Below, piece by piece: positions 1 to 10,188 of a DNA stretch of 37,935 bases. The position numbers and the translations under genes were made by a program. Numbering within the stretch: position 1 is the first letter of the stretch; every line of letters begins with the position of its first letter. The notes below the pieces were generated by a model, which was not told the origin of the DNA, made no database searches, and was given only the letters and a program-made list of their open reading frames with translations. Source of the DNA: a virus (Duplodnaviria; Caudoviricetes); the IMG/VR virus record IMGVR_UViG_3300036546_000028, positions 1-37,935 of that record; one strand, written 5' to 3'.

Positions 1-492
1 ATTCCGATATACTTCCGCTGCGTTCTTTGCATCGACAGCCTGAGAGATATTAGTCTCAGGTGCTGTTTCAACCCAGTGACGTGTAGCAACGTCTTGAGGG
101 GCGATCGGGTCAGCGACATTTGAAATGATTTTGCCGAGAGCATTGAAGTTTCCAGTTGCATCGACCTGTATCTGTTCTGTAAGGTCGTCGTAGGTCTCCT
201 GTACGATATAGAGAAGTTGCAGCGCAGAGTTGTCGAGTTCTTTTTCGGTGAAGTTCGTGCCGTTCTGGAAATCAACAAGACGCTTATCACGAGGTGTAGT
301 GCGCTGTATTTTTATGATAGCACCAGGTGCAGGGGCGTTTGTAAGTTGAATAGCACCATCGCTGATCCATTCTACGGATTCTTCAACACCGTCCACATAT
401 ACTGTTATGTGGCTTTTTTCGATGTATGGGAGCGTAACCTGAAATATTTTATTGCTCCCATCACCCTCATGTAGATTGTAGCTGTAAGCCAT
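1..492 (-). CDS. Tail fibre protein (T7 gp17-like N-terminal adaptor), runs off the window edge
   Basis: Not in the ORF track. Translated by hand from ATG at 492 with GGAGG SD: MAYSYNLHEGDGSNKIFQVTLPYIEKSHITVYVDG...IQRTTPRDKRLVDFQNGT...LDNSALQLLYIVQE, a typical gp17 N-terminal pattern. Follows the gp16-like gene. Confidence 0.9.
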   Translation of the reverse strand, partial: MAYSYNLHEGDGSNKIFQVTLPYIEKSHITVYVDGVEESVEWISDGAIQLTNAPAPGAIIKIQRTTPRDKRLVDFQNGTNFTEKELDNSALQLLYIVQETYDDLTEQIQVDATGNFNALGKIISNVADPIAPQDVATRHWVETAPETNISQAVDAKNAAEVYRN

Positions 493-513
493 CAGTACCT
501 CCGAATAAAAGTA

Positions 514-546
514 AGGCCCAGTGTATCCTTAGTTACACCAGGGCCT
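514..546 (-). other. Intergenic stem-loop (possible RNase III site or terminator)
   Basis: aggccc..gtgta / tacac..gggcct inverted repeat between the gp16-like stop and the tail fibre SD. Confidence 0.35.
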
Positions 547-550
547 CTAC

Positions 551-3500
551 TTATTTACCGTAGTTTATCAGTTCCTGTACTGGATTACCTCGTTTGGCTC
601 TTACAGCTTCACTTCTGGATTTGCGAAGCTGTGCCGCCAGTTCAGGATGATTGTCTAACAGTTCACGTTGAGCAACCTTACGGTATGCTGTAATCCACTT
701 GCGTACCATAACGACACGTCTTGACGTGTACTCGTCAGACGAATCTGCATAGCGTTCACGGTTTATATCATATGCGTTCGACTTCATCAGCTTTTCAAGA
801 CGCTCATGCAGCGTGTACCTTCCTATGCGTACAGTTCCGTGAAGACGGCAGAACTCTGAATACTGGGAAGAATCCAGTTCCACCTCACCACCGCCGCTGG
901 AGAGCTTCTTGGGAGGAGCTGTGAAGCCATGCCCAAGGCGAACAAGTTCGTCAAGTACAGGATCATTCTTGTCCTGCCAGACAGTAAACGGGTTTACAGT
1001 ACGGCTGAAAGCACCTCCGTATGAGATAGGTTCACCAGTCAGCCAGTCGTGCCTTGCAGGGAGATTGTCAGAATAACCAGGGATGCGGTTCTTAATGGCA
1101 TCAACAACACTCCAAACCTCACGCATGTTCGGATCAACGCCATTACGCATCATCGTCATGCCTGAACTGAACGGAACCCATGAGGACACGAAGTTATTCG
1201 CCCAGTATTGTGCTTTCCGTTCAGGTTCGTTGAAGGCATTGATGACGTCTACGAGACCACGGAGGTACGTCTTGGAGGTGATGTTCCGGCTCACTGCCGT
1301 AATCATCATTCCAGCCAGTTCACCGAGTTCCGCGTCGGTCATCTCCTGGCCGATCTCATGGAGGTCTGCGGCGAGTCCGAAGAACGAACCCCAGGGGTCA
1401 GCACGTTCGAAAGACACGTAGGTGTCACCAAACTTGAATGAGTACGGTTGCCAGCCGGAACGTATGAGGTTCTGACGGAGGTTAGTGTCTTTGGGGCCAC
1501 CGCCAGTGATCATACCGTTTGCAGCCAGCATGAAGCCACTGGCCCACAACATACCACCTACACGCTCTGCCCCCTTTGCCAGGGCAGCACGTTCGCCTCC
1601 CTCTGCCATCGCTCCGGACCACCGTTTTGTCATTCGGGCTACGACTGGAGTATGATCCACTACGTCCCGAATGATGTTGGTGGGAGTTCTGATGAACGGT
1701 AAGATGATGCGGAGAGTTGGATGCTGCGATGCTCCCTGCTGAAGCCACTTGCCGATGCCGTACTCCAGGTCTTGGGTATAGGTGGATTTACGCGCCCACT
1801 GAAGGGAAGCTGCGGCAGGAAGTTCATTATTTTCAGTGAGATACTGAGCGAACTCCTTGTCAATGTATTTTTGGAGAGCCTCGCCTTTTAGCTCCAACCG
1901 CTGTCCTCGTGAGTATATTTCTGAGTACAGATGAGACCGATAGTTCAACTGTTTGAAGAACTCGTCAGATGCCATCAGGAGTCTGGAGGGGATACGGACC
2001 ACCTGGCCCAGGCCATCCACGAAGGACGCCTTCCAGCCTTCCTGGACACCAAGGTTCTGCGACGTGATGGCATACATCGGCGCATCCTGAACCTTATGCA
2101 TGGGGTCGAGAATGTTCTCTTCCATGCGGAGAGCTTTTCCTGCCATATGCCACGCATCACCCAGGAACTTATGCATGGAAATCAACTGACGCTGGCCTTC
2201 CATGAACATTTCCTTATCGATGCCTCCGCGTCCGATGGAGCCTACCATTTTCTCGACAGGCATCGAGACGGTCTTCGCTGCGTTGAGGAGGTTGACCACA
2301 TGGGTCTTCACACCAGACAGGAGGGCATTGATGTAATATTCCATAGATACATCAAAGAGCTTGCCCTTCCAGCCTTTACTGAGGAGCTTGTTCATTGCCT
2401 TGGGGTCATTGCCAGCCGCTTCGAGCATACGAGCGAAACGCTGGACGCGTTGCGGTCCTCCGACCTTCTGAAGTGTATCGTTGATGAGGTCGATGTCAGC
2501 CGTCTTGATTGCATCCCAGGTGGCGATCCTACCAGCCGTGGTTGCACGGGCGGCTTCAGTCTGTATCACCTTGAGAGAACGCTGGAACTCAGAGGCTTGG
2601 TCGATGAGCTTCACCAGTCGAAGCTGATCCGCTTCTGTCGGCTTGAGGTTGATCCTCTTGGCGACCTGGGCGATCTCCGTGGTGTAGCCCTGAAGCAGCA
2701 TCTTGCCAGCCACCAGCTTGCGGGAGAGTTCATGAACGCCTTCTGCTGTTTGTCCAAGAGTAGCGGCAAGGGTGTCCCTGTCTTCTCCGACCATTTCTGC
2801 CAGATCGTTCAGAGCCTCTTCCTTGATCTCTTCAAGCTTTTTGACACCGCCAGCCTGTTCGATCACGTCGTCAGCGATGTTGTCTTCAATGACCTTCATG
2901 GCCTTCATGGAATCTGCTGCACTCTCCATTTTTTCAAAATTGAAGAATCGAGACTCCATGTCAGGATTGGCTTCACCTTTAGCGGCTTTCAGGAGATGCT
3001 CCTTGATGCCTTCCACGTCCACGTCAGGTCTGGTAGCGATCTCCTGACGTGCTATTGCACGCGCTTTTTCGTCACCATCGATTGCAATGCCAGTTTCAAG
3101 TTCACGCCGTTCAATTCTCGCTAACTCAGTATCACCTGTGGCGATCTTCTTAACTGCCTCGTCAGCTTCTTCAACGCCTTCTTTGAGAATCTGCTCCTGA
3201 GCCTCTTTTCCGACCTTTCCTGCCAGATGGGTCGCTCCCTTCTTCATGGCCTTCAGAGAAGCTACGAAGCCGTCTGTAGCGGCACCGAGGACGATACCTT
3301 CAAGAGCATTCTTGAGGCGTCCTTCAGCAGCACTGTCGTTCTGGTCGGCTGCGAGGTAGTCGGTGATAGGGTTCTGGAGTGAGGGGTATTGTTCGATGAG
3401 GTTGGAGAGGCGTTCCTGGTGAGGGTCCATGACCACGGTATCAGCCATAGCTCCCTGCACCATGCCACGTGCCAGGGACATGCCCTTCCCTGCTCCTTGC

Positions 3501-3874
3501 AGCACCTTCGCTGCCTTCAGGAACTTTCCGGCACCGACGAAGCCAGCAACAAACTGGGTAACGTCCCTGGTGATGTTTCCGGCTACAGTATTCGTTTCGA
3601 TGTTACCGAGTGTCATCCACTCAGGTGTTTCATCGTCCAGGAGGTCTTCGTCAATGAAGTCAGAGGCCCCTTCAACGATGTCATAGCCGAAGTTTATTGT
3701 TTCCTGGGCGGCGTCACGGATACCACCAATGACGCCTTTCCCCATGTCTATTGCGTAATCGATGAGACCAGGGTCGCCCTCGACGTTGACATCTACTGAT
3801 GGAGTGTCAGCGGGTTCAGGCGGCAGAAGCCCATCCTCACGCATTTTATCGTAGTCGATGACGACCTTCGCCAT
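551..3874 (-). CDS. Large internal virion (ejection) protein, gp16-position
   Basis: 1107 aa, helical and Ala/Gly-rich. Synteny: last internal virion protein before the tail fibre. Confidence 0.75.
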   Translation of the reverse strand: MAKVVIDYDKMREDGLLPPEPADTPSVDVNVEGDPGLIDYAIDMGKGVIGGIRDAAQETINFGYDIVEGASDFIDEDLLDDETPEWMTLGNIETNTVAGNITRDVTQFVAGFVGAGKFLKAAKVLQGAGKGMSLARGMVQGAMADTVVMDPHQERLSNLIEQYPSLQNPITDYLAADQNDSAAEGRLKNALEGIVLGAATDGFVASLKAMKKGATHLAGKVGKEAQEQILKEGVEEADEAVKKIATGDTELARIERRELETGIAIDGDEKARAIARQEIATRPDVDVEGIKEHLLKAAKGEANPDMESRFFNFEKMESAADSMKAMKVIEDNIADDVIEQAGGVKKLEEIKEEALNDLAEMVGEDRDTLAATLGQTAEGVHELSRKLVAGKMLLQGYTTEIAQVAKRINLKPTEADQLRLVKLIDQASEFQRSLKVIQTEAARATTAGRIATWDAIKTADIDLINDTLQKVGGPQRVQRFARMLEAAGNDPKAMNKLLSKGWKGKLFDVSMEYYINALLSGVKTHVVNLLNAAKTVSMPVEKMVGSIGRGGIDKEMFMEGQRQLISMHKFLGDAWHMAGKALRMEENILDPMHKVQDAPMYAITSQNLGVQEGWKASFVDGLGQVVRIPSRLLMASDEFFKQLNYRSHLYSEIYSRGQRLELKGEALQKYIDKEFAQYLTENNELPAAASLQWARKSTYTQDLEYGIGKWLQQGASQHPTLRIILPFIRTPTNIIRDVVDHTPVVARMTKRWSGAMAEGGERAALAKGAERVGGMLWASGFMLAANGMITGGGPKDTNLRQNLIRSGWQPYSFKFGDTYVSFERADPWGSFFGLAADLHEIGQEMTDAELGELAGMMITAVSRNITSKTYLRGLVDVINAFNEPERKAQYWANNFVSSWVPFSSGMTMMRNGVDPNMREVWSVVDAIKNRIPGYSDNLPARHDWLTGEPISYGGAFSRTVNPFTVWQDKNDPVLDELVRLGHGFTAPPKKLSSGGGEVELDSSQYSEFCRLHGTVRIGRYTLHERLEKLMKSNAYDINRERYADSSDEYTSRRVVMVRKWITAYRKVAQRELLDNHPELAAQLRKSRSEAVRAKRGNPVQELINYGK

Positions 3875-3877
3875 TGT

Positions 3878-5692
3878 TTACTCCTGTTCTATTCTTATGT
3901 ACTGCTCAAGTCCGAGAGCCTGTGCTTGCTGTGCGATATAGGCGTTCACATTGTTTACTCCAGCTTGCTGTGCCAGTGTTGTCAGCGCAGCTACGTCGCC
4001 GTCACTATAAGCGTTAAGAGCCTGGATAAACTGGTCTCTCGAAAGCTCTTGCCTGATGGTCTGCGGTGATTCAACAGGACGTCGTGTACCGTCTTCGTTC
4101 TGGAACCTCTTCATCTTGAGGATGTCCTCTTCAAGCTCGTAGGCTCTCAGGCGTACCTCACGAGGCGACGGGGTGTTTCCATTGTGTTCCTCGGTGTACT
4201 GGTCCATCCATGACATGAGACTGTCGTGGAAGTAGTTCCTGGCCTCTACTGCCCGAAGTTGGTTCTCAGGAGACACCAGTCCAGCTTCATCAGCCATGCC
4301 AACGACACGGTAGATGTCGTTCGCCACACCATTGACGGCACTGTCGCGCAACTGGTTCTCGTAGCGCATGGTGGAGTCGTAGTCGTCCATCAGTGCCTTG
4401 AAGGTTGCGTAATCGTATTTCGTCATCAGGCCCTCACGTATTTCATCAGGCGAGATGTCGAACTGGGCAATCCTGAGACGGTAGTCGGCTGCGGTCTGTA
4501 GAGACTCATCGTTCATGGTGAACTTAGTGGATTGTGCAGAAATGACGCGATCCTGAAAGCCAATCATGGAACGTGCTTTGGCAGGGTCCAGACGGGTCAA
4601 CTGGCGATACAGATCGTTCTGCGTGTAGTCAGCCGCAGGGTTATCAAGCATCTGCATCTGTATTTGTGACATCAGGCTGTTTGCCTGTTGTTCCTTCACG
4701 TGCGCTTCACGGCGTCTCTCGAAATCCCACTGCTTGATCTGCTGGTTCTCAATAAGGTCTTCGATTTGTTCTCTGATTTTAGCGCCGTAGCCACCTCCAC
4801 CGAGTGTTGCGATAGGTTCGCCTTTTTCGTTCCTGGCGGTGACTACGTAGTCAAGTGTTTGCATTATTTCAGCGTTATTGTACTCACGCGCAACAGAGGC
4901 AAGCTCATCGACAACCAACCTGTTCGCTTCAGTGGCAGACAGGCCGTTGGCGATCATCTCGTCAAGTTGTGTCTGTATTTGCGAGGCAAGCCCACGTGCT
5001 GACTGAACGATGCCAGAAGAGGTTTCCCAGTCACCAGACAGGCTGTACTTATCTGCCATCCGGTTGACAAAACCGCCGAGTTCCGTTTTTGCCCTCTCGG
5101 TGTTTGCCGCCATACGCCACTGGTTATGTCTGGAGAGGATTGAACTGAGAGCCTGGTGCATAGGCTTCTGGAGACCTTCTGCAAGCAGGTCGTCATCAAG
5201 CTTGCTTTCCCCGAACTCACGTTCCATCCACTGCTTGGAGAACTCATTCATGCCCTTGTTGAGAGCGGTAAGGTCGTTCGGGTCAACCTTATTCCGGTTA
5301 TCCTCCCACCAGCCGTTAAGTTCAGACTCAAAGTCCAGACCTTTGTTCTGGAGCCAGGCCAGGGTGTATCCACGCTGGAGATGAGGGTTGGCACCTGCAA
5401 AATCAGGGTTGGCCTCTGTGAACGCCTTCCAGTCCATTCGGTTCTTCTGAAAAAGGGCGACACCCTCGGCAAGCTGGTCGGATTTCCACTCCTCGTGTTT
5501 ACCATCGAGGAAGCGGGTCAGTTTAGGTTCTACGGTAGAAAGGGCCTGGGCAAGCTGTGACCAAGCCCCTGTTTTCATGTCAGGACGCCCCACAATGTTC
5601 GGAAGCTGGCGCACGTAGCTGTCTGCTGCACGAGCATTGACTGTGGGGCGAAGTCCCTGTCGCTGTTGGAGTTGCTGTACTACACGAGCCAT
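3878..5692 (-). CDS. Internal virion protein, gp15-position
   Basis: 604 aa, helical. N-terminal QLAQALSTVEPKL motif typical of this position; synteny. Confidence 0.7.
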   Translation of the reverse strand: MARVVQQLQQRQGLRPTVNARAADSYVRQLPNIVGRPDMKTGAWSQLAQALSTVEPKLTRFLDGKHEEWKSDQLAEGVALFQKNRMDWKAFTEANPDFAGANPHLQRGYTLAWLQNKGLDFESELNGWWEDNRNKVDPNDLTALNKGMNEFSKQWMEREFGESKLDDDLLAEGLQKPMHQALSSILSRHNQWRMAANTERAKTELGGFVNRMADKYSLSGDWETSSGIVQSARGLASQIQTQLDEMIANGLSATEANRLVVDELASVAREYNNAEIMQTLDYVVTARNEKGEPIATLGGGGYGAKIREQIEDLIENQQIKQWDFERRREAHVKEQQANSLMSQIQMQMLDNPAADYTQNDLYRQLTRLDPAKARSMIGFQDRVISAQSTKFTMNDESLQTAADYRLRIAQFDISPDEIREGLMTKYDYATFKALMDDYDSTMRYENQLRDSAVNGVANDIYRVVGMADEAGLVSPENQLRAVEARNYFHDSLMSWMDQYTEEHNGNTPSPREVRLRAYELEEDILKMKRFQNEDGTRRPVESPQTIRQELSRDQFIQALNAYSDGDVAALTTLAQQAGVNNVNAYIAQQAQALGLEQYIRIEQE

Positions 5693-5694
5693 TT

Positions 5695-6276
5695 CTATTT
5701 GCCCTTCTTGCTGAAGTACTTGTATTGGTTATTAACAGCAGACGCACCTATAGACAGACCAGTTGCAAGCAAGTTGGGACTGCTTACAGGCGACGGGATA
5801 TACTGCTGATAGCTTGAACCACGGTTCTTAGCCTCACGTCTGAAACCCTGAATCTGGATGTCATTCTGCACGGCCTCCATCTCCAGGTTGTGACGCATGG
5901 CATCACGGTATTTCGCTTCCTGCCTGTAGAAGTCAGCCATCAGATTCTCGAAAGAGACACCTGCTGATTCACTTGAGGCGACTGCTGTCCCTGCTTTCTG
6001 GAGACGCTCTATCTGGAGGTTCTGCATCTCCTCTGCTGTAGCTTCCTGCTGCTGCATAAGTTCAATGTTCGCAGCCGCAGCCTGTTCAACGTAGGTCTTA
6101 TTAGCAATCTCGGCGTTCTGAAGCATGGCCTGATTGTTAGCTTCTGCCATTGCCCTTTGATAATCAGCCTGTGCGTTGGCCTGTTCCTGCTGCATCATGT
6201 AGTTCGCCCCTGCCGATGCCGCACTCATCGCCATTGCGGTCCAGAACATGGTGGTTGCACTTACTGCTTCACACAT
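5695..6276 (-). CDS. Internal virion protein B (gp14-like)
   Basis: MCE... start, hydrophobic Ala-rich N-terminus and Q/A-rich coiled coil; synteny. Confidence 0.8.
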   Translation of the reverse strand: MCEAVSATTMFWTAMAMSAASAGANYMMQQEQANAQADYQRAMAEANNQAMLQNAEIANKTYVEQAAAANIELMQQQEATAEEMQNLQIERLQKAGTAVASSESAGVSFENLMADFYRQEAKYRDAMRHNLEMEAVQNDIQIQGFRREAKNRGSSYQQYIPSPVSSPNLLATGLSIGASAVNNQYKYFSKKGK

Positions 6277-6740
6277 GGGCGAATCCTCACGAACTCGTAG
6301 AAGGGCATCCTGCCCTCCCCGTATGTTGGGTGATAGTTAATGAACTTGAAGCCAGTCCATTTAAGCCATTTGATATGGACTGTGTTTCTGGCATCAACGA
6401 AGTTGAAGAGTAGGTCGTAGGAGTCATGGAGGCGGTCTGCGCCTTCACGACACCTGCGTAGAAATTGGAAGGGGTATTTGACGAGATCATCTGTGCAGTG
6501 CATCCATACAGCCCCGCTGTTCAACTGGACGGGATTCGGGACAACGCCGTAGACACCGACGAGTTCGCCTTCTTCCCCGACCATGACGTAGCAGGGGTCG
6601 GAGGCACGATAAGCCTGTTCGAGGTAGGCCACCGAGTAGAACCCGATGGCCGCTCTGACCTCTTCTACGTCTGCCGTGCGAAGCCGTGGGGCCAGCACCT
6701 TGATGTCCTTAAGCGTAGCCGGTCTCACATACTTATTCAT
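6261..6740 (-). CDS. Internal virion protein A / gp13-like GNAT-fold protein
   Basis: LRTAD..E, FNFVDARNTVHIKWLKWTGF motif; located after tail tubular B. Confidence 0.8.
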   Translation of the reverse strand: MNKYVRPATLKDIKVLAPRLRTADVEEVRAAIGFYSVAYLEQAYRASDPCYVMVGEEGELVGVYGVVPNPVQLNSGAVWMHCTDDLVKYPFQFLRRCREGADRLHDSYDLLFNFVDARNTVHIKWLKWTGFKFINYHPTYGEGRMPFYEFVRIRPCVKQ

Positions 6741-9127
6741 TACAGACGTTTACTCCTTATTGTGTAAAGAGCTTCCCATTCGGCAGACAGGAATTTGCTC
6801 GGAAGGAAGCTGTCGTTTACGAGATCGACCGTCACTTGGTCGTTCTTTGACATGATGGGGAATCTGAAGTTTCCATCCTCCAGCGGCATCTCACCGATCA
6901 CGTTGGCACCTGAGCCAAGCACACGGCCTGTGAAATCGTACCGCTGCGTCGGTCTATATAAAGGTGTGACCTCTGCACGGAAGTACCCAGTACCTGCGTA
7001 GATGACAGTCCAGAAGCGAACCTGAAGACGTCCTGCTCCGACAACGGCCTGTCCGCCTCCAAGTGCCTCTTCTTTGATGACCTGGGTGGAGAAGCGGTAA
7101 CGCATGGTGTAAGGGACGCCGATGAACACCTTTGAGGTATTCCACTGACCGAACACTGAAACAGTTGTCGGTGTTCTGTCGGTGATGCTCAGTTTCTTGC
7201 CCGGGACGTCCGCACCGTGCCTTGTGACGATGTGAAGGTCTCCTTCGTATGCATAAGGAAACGTGAAGGTTGTTCTGTTCGTCTCATGGTCATAGACGAC
7301 TGTGCATTGGGACTCTGTGATCTTCCTGTCGAGATGGTACTCGAACGGTGCGTCCTCATCCTTATGCCCAGGCTCTACATCCATGACCTCCATGTACACA
7401 CCGTCGTCGTACTGGATGACCAAGTAGAGCTTTGTGTCGAGGAACTCTGCATTCAGCACATCACCGACGAAGGTCCAATGGGACCACGCACTCTGGAGCT
7501 TTTCAGTTCCTGACCAGTAGTATTTATACACGTAGATGCTGGACGGCTCATCTTCCGTAAGAACGGTAAGGATGTCCTCGTTGGTTGCTACAGAGAGCTT
7601 GTGGACGCCGCCAGGGATGTACTGAGGAACATGCGCAGTGATCTCTGCCGCGTCCTTTGAGTTGGTATCGTCGATGATGTAGTATTCACGAATGCCGGAG
7701 AAGCGTCCCTTGTTCACAGCAAAGAAGACGTTCTTCCCTGCACCTACAGGCTTTGCATCGAGGGACGCCTCGAAGTCCGTAAGCTGCTTGACGGATGCCG
7801 TCTGCGGCGAAAGAACGTCACCGCTGTCCAGGGTGAACTGGGTTTGGTCTGAGAACAGGAGAAGCTCCTCGTTGAAGGGTATGGCGTGATAGAGGATGGA
7901 TACCTTAGTGTGACTTGCAGCCACATCAATAGGGTCTGAGTCGATTATGGTGGTAACAGTTGCAGGAAAGAACTCGAAGAACTCGGATGCCCTGGACAGT
8001 ATGCAGTTTTCATCCGAAAGGAATCCAAGGCGGTTCCGGTAAAAGAAGATGTCGTTCAGGCGGCGGCCAACAAAAGACGGATCGACTGCGCTGTATTCGT
8101 CACCGACTTCACGTTTTCCCCATTCTACAGACTTGAATGTGAATGTGCCGTCAGCTTCGCGAACCAGCGTGTGCGGCATAGTGTCACTTTTGAACTGCCA
8201 CGGAATTCCGGGGGCGACTGTCTCTTCCCACACACCACTGTCAAAGTCGACTGTCTCGTCATCGTTGTTCGGCACGAACTTTACGTAATAGTTGTCGAAG
8301 TTTGACGTCTGGTCGCCGACAACCTCAACTGTGAAGTCACGCGGTGCTACGGTAGGAAGATCACTGAACCGCTGCACCCTGGATTTCGCCATCGTCGTGT
8401 GCGTATTGGAACGGCTGTCTTCTACCGAAAGATTGAAGTCACTGCCGTCGTCCTTTCGTATCCACAAAGTGGAATGTTTGACTGTCAGAGCGAACCCTGT
8501 CAGATTATTCGCAAGGTCAGCTTTGAGGGTTTCTGCGATGGTTGTCGTTTCAGCAGGATGTTTACCGTCGTCCAGTTGGTTTGTATCAGGGTCTATGTTC
8601 CCGTTGCTTGTTTCTACAGTGGCTGTGTAGCCGTCAACTGTGACGGAGTAAGTGGTACTGTAGCTTGCCTGTTTGATGAAGACGATGGCTTCCACACCTC
8701 TGGTAGGCGAAAGGTTCTCTTCATCCATCTCCACCACGGTTGCCGTGTTCACGATGAACGTGTGGTCCGCAATGGTAATGGCGCGGAACTGCTTTGAGGC
8801 GTTCTCAGCGGACAGGTACGTTTTGCCTTCAGTGAAGTTTACTGTCTTCTCATTGCCGTCCAGATCGAACACCTTGAGGTCTTCGTTTGAAATGACCACC
8901 AGATACCGCTCGTTCTTGTCACGGTTGATAAGGTGGGTGTAGGCGTTGCCCATCTGCCCATCCATGATCTTTGCGATGTGACGTGTGGCAGGACGCTTGC
9001 GGAGGCCCTCAACGACACTGGAGTATGCGTTCTCCTGGAGTTCACACTGGGAAGCCAGACGCAGCGCATAGGGCTGCTGGCTAACTCCGTTCACCATGTT
9101 AGGGATAGAGGTGGAGATAATGGGCAT
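6740..9127 (-). CDS. Tail tubular protein B (nozzle, gp12-like)
   Basis: 795 aa; SIPNMVNGVSQQP, GLRKRP, FYRNRLGF, QSAWSHW motifs. Confidence 0.95.
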   Translation of the reverse strand: MPIISTSIPNMVNGVSQQPYALRLASQCELQENAYSSVVEGLRKRPATRHIAKIMDGQMGNAYTHLINRDKNERYLVVISNEDLKVFDLDGNEKTVNFTEGKTYLSAENASKQFRAITIADHTFIVNTATVVEMDEENLSPTRGVEAIVFIKQASYSTTYSVTVDGYTATVETSNGNIDPDTNQLDDGKHPAETTTIAETLKADLANNLTGFALTVKHSTLWIRKDDGSDFNLSVEDSRSNTHTTMAKSRVQRFSDLPTVAPRDFTVEVVGDQTSNFDNYYVKFVPNNDDETVDFDSGVWEETVAPGIPWQFKSDTMPHTLVREADGTFTFKSVEWGKREVGDEYSAVDPSFVGRRLNDIFFYRNRLGFLSDENCILSRASEFFEFFPATVTTIIDSDPIDVAASHTKVSILYHAIPFNEELLLFSDQTQFTLDSGDVLSPQTASVKQLTDFEASLDAKPVGAGKNVFFAVNKGRFSGIREYYIIDDTNSKDAAEITAHVPQYIPGGVHKLSVATNEDILTVLTEDEPSSIYVYKYYWSGTEKLQSAWSHWTFVGDVLNAEFLDTKLYLVIQYDDGVYMEVMDVEPGHKDEDAPFEYHLDRKITESQCTVVYDHETNRTTFTFPYAYEGDLHIVTRHGADVPGKKLSITDRTPTTVSVFGQWNTSKVFIGVPYTMRYRFSTQVIKEEALGGGQAVVGAGRLQVRFWTVIYAGTGYFRAEVTPLYRPTQRYDFTGRVLGSGANVIGEMPLEDGNFRFPIMSKNDQVTVDLVNDSFLPSKFLSAEWEALYTIRSKRL

Positions 9128-9130
9128 TGT

Positions 9131-9736
9131 TTACCTCACAAGAATTTTACCTACGCTCCATGTGGAAAGGATGCCTGGGGTATCACCGAAGATGGTCGCG
9201 TCAGCACTCTCGGTCTGGTAGTCCACGAGAATTGCCCTGGCCTTCAGTTCGTCCTTCTCGTTGAATTTGTGGAGGGTGTCGGAACCAACTGCTCTGTCCT
9301 GGTAGATACGCGCAGCGCGGACGGTGATATAGCGACGTGCAGCCTCAGGGATTTCCTCGAATGGAAGCAGGAGCGTAATGTCTGCATAAATTGTTTCATT
9401 GAATTGATAGCTGTGTTCTTTGCGGTCATAGAGACGCTTTCCGCGCACAACGATGTCCCTGTCAGGGTACTGCCTGGGGTTCAGATCAGCATCCACGCAG
9501 TTCTGCGGGAGGAAGATGTTCTTTGAAACCATGTCAGGCACCAGCGGGTAATCCTCTTCAGTGTTGAAGTGCCATCCTTCTGTCTGCACCTCTCGACTGA
9601 CTTCGTGCAAAATGTTCTGCGCAAGCACAGCATCCACAGTCATCTGGTCGCCGAGACTTGAAACCGGAGATTCCCCGATTGTTGAGAGGATGGTGTTCAC
9701 GGCCTCAAGCTCAGTTGTTGGGATATTACGGAGCAT
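9131..9736 (-). CDS. Tail tubular protein A (gp11-like)
   Basis: TELEAVNTILSTIGESPV, QTEGWHFNTE, YITVRAARI motifs. Confidence 0.95.
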   Translation of the reverse strand: MLRNIPTTELEAVNTILSTIGESPVSSLGDQMTVDAVLAQNILHEVSREVQTEGWHFNTEEDYPLVPDMVSKNIFLPQNCVDADLNPRQYPDRDIVVRGKRLYDRKEHSYQFNETIYADITLLLPFEEIPEAARRYITVRAARIYQDRAVGSDTLHKFNEKDELKARAILVDYQTESADATIFGDTPGILSTWSVGKILVR

Positions 9737-9753
9737 TGGTTTACCTCTGGAAC

Positions 9754-9795
9754 AAAAAAGGGAGGACTCCCCGTTTGAATGAAGAGTCCTCCCTT
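9754..9795 (-). terminator. T-phi-like intrinsic terminator after the capsid gene
   Basis: Minus strand AAGGGAGGACTC...GAGTCCTCCC followed by TTTTTT. Confidence 0.85.
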
Positions 9796-9814
9796 AATGT
9801 CAGCTAATGCTGGT

Positions 9815-10188
9815 TTAAGCCGCAGCCTTGGAGATTTCCACGCTGCACTCAGGGCGCAGGATGCCGTGGCCCATAGCGTACTTGGCGACGAACAGGGTAC
9901 CCTGGTACATCACCTCGAAGTCGTTGCCGGTCTTCTGGAGAGCCAGGTCTTTCAGCTTGACGGTGCCGATAGCCTGTTTCTGTATGGCGATAGCAACGGT
10001 GTCGGTGAAGTCACCATAGTAGGGGTTGTTCTCGCCTGCGGTAGCAGCGGCGATGTTCTCGCCAGCAGGCACGTTGTTGGACTTCACGATGGAAAGTCCT
10101 GCAACCTTGAGGATTTTACCGTCTGCGTAGACACCGGAGCCTCCCCAGTCACGGTTCAGCAGTTTGGTGGTCTGCGCCATAAGGTAAT
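9815..10188 (-). CDS. Major capsid protein, exon 2
   Basis: KSNNVP, AIGTVKLKDL, KYAMGHGILRPE is the gp10 C-terminus. Joined to exon 1 it gives ...KPAQ-Y-YLMAQ..., 326 aa in total. Confidence 0.93.

Noticed and set aside
1931-3124. Long plus-strand ORFs (397 aa here; also 13624-14958, 24278-25162, 30288-31430)
   Set aside because: Antisense shadows of well-supported minus-strand genes, with no motifs or SD
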